A stretch of DNA of 64,000 nucleotides from Camelus dromedarius. Taxonomy: Eukaryota. Made by a program: the position numbers and the translations under genes. Below the pieces are notes generated by a model. The model had not been told where the DNA came from and ran no database searches. It saw only the letters and a list, made by a program, of their open reading frames with translations. Below are positions 63,277-64,000 of this stretch, piece by piece (position 1 is the first letter of the stretch; every line of letters begins with the position of its first letter). Location of the stretch: assembly GCF_036321535.1 (NCBI RefSeq), contig NC_087436.1, positions 5,394,001-5,458,000 on the forward strand, read 5' to 3'.

Positions 63277-63411
63277 TTTCTTTTTTAACTTATTTCTTTT
63301 GGGGGGAGGAATTAGGTTTATTTATTTACTTATTTATTTTAATGTAGGCATTGTGGATTGAACCCAGGACCTCACGCATGCTAAGCACATGCTCTAACAT
63401 GGAGCTCTACC
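63277..63411 (-). mobile_element. Vic-1-like SINE
   Basis: GGGGGGAGGAATTAGGTTTATTTA...ATTGAACCCAGGACCTCACGCATGCTAAGCACATGCTCT. Confidence 0.85.
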
Positions 63412-64000
63412 TTTTTGAGTCCATTTAAATACAGCAATGTGGGCTTGGAGAACGCTGAAGAAATTTTAATATTTCATCCCTTATAAGTAAAAGGGATCCT
63501 CACATTTGTATGAACTAAAGAAATATATCTATGTATTAGAAAAACTCTTCAATTATTACTTCGCTTTTGGCCAAAGTCAAGTTCTCAAATCCAGACTGCT
63601 CTGCTTATTCACAAAATAATATTCTCCTGATAAACTGTGAAAATGAAGAGGCCTATTTCTTGAACTATATCTTGGCCTACTTGTCAATGTGGCGATGATA
63701 AAAAATATTGCTTCAAAAACAATGGGAGAAAAAAAACCCAATGGGAATTGCATAAATTTGCTGGGCTTTATTCACATGTTGACATTCCAGTTTCTTTGGA
63801 CTTCCTTCAGGTTGAACACATGTCCTCCTTCTTGGCTTTTCTCATCTTCCTGATCAATTCCCATTTAGAGCCACAAATTTATTGAAAGCAACACTTAAGG
63901 GTTCTTAATGAAACCAGTGAAACGGCCCTAAATGCCACCTATTGTAAAATCTGAAACATACTCTTTCTGCGAGTCTAATAAAACCTCTTCTGCTTTGAGT

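Noticed and set aside
9600..64000. Exons of the neighbouring gene (GLRB in the human locus) or any second gene
   Set aside because: No second CpG island and no GLRB-like N-terminus or other recognisable protein in the ORF track; short exons or lncRNAs cannot be excluded from sequence alone.
1..64000. CRISPR arrays, operons or other prokaryotic systems
   Set aside because: The sequence is clearly mammalian and has no regularly spaced repeat-spacer array.

Overview
Mammalian genomic DNA, almost certainly camelid (camel/alpaca/llama), because it carries ten copies of a tRNA-Ala(AGC)-derived SINE matching the camelid Vic-1 type. The window holds the 5' end of PDGFC on the minus strand: coding exon 1 at 8373-8256 (signal peptide MLLLGLLLLTSALAG..., GT donor at 8255), a very GC-rich 5'UTR/promoter CpG island (~8.0-9.6 kb), the first ~8 kb of intron 1, and ~55 kb of gene-free upstream DNA full of L1 tails, ERV1 solo LTRs, ERVL/MaLR remnants, MIR and DNA-transposon relics. 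No second protein-coding gene was found; the long ORFs are CpG-island or repeat artefacts. Best leads: (1) a 27-codon uORF ending 61 nt before the PDGFC start that seems conserved with human; (2) strong AT-to-GC drift of the locus, suggesting GC-biased gene conversion; (3) a MER41-like solo LTR with an intact STAT (GAS) site, oriented toward PDGFC, among other upstream STAT motifs; (4) two same-family solo LTRs inserted tail-to-tail 232 bp apart; (5) several ~190-bp L1-tail insertions sharing one 5' start point. Repeat family names and human comparisons are from memory and need database confirmation. I see no evidence for a wholly novel gene system.
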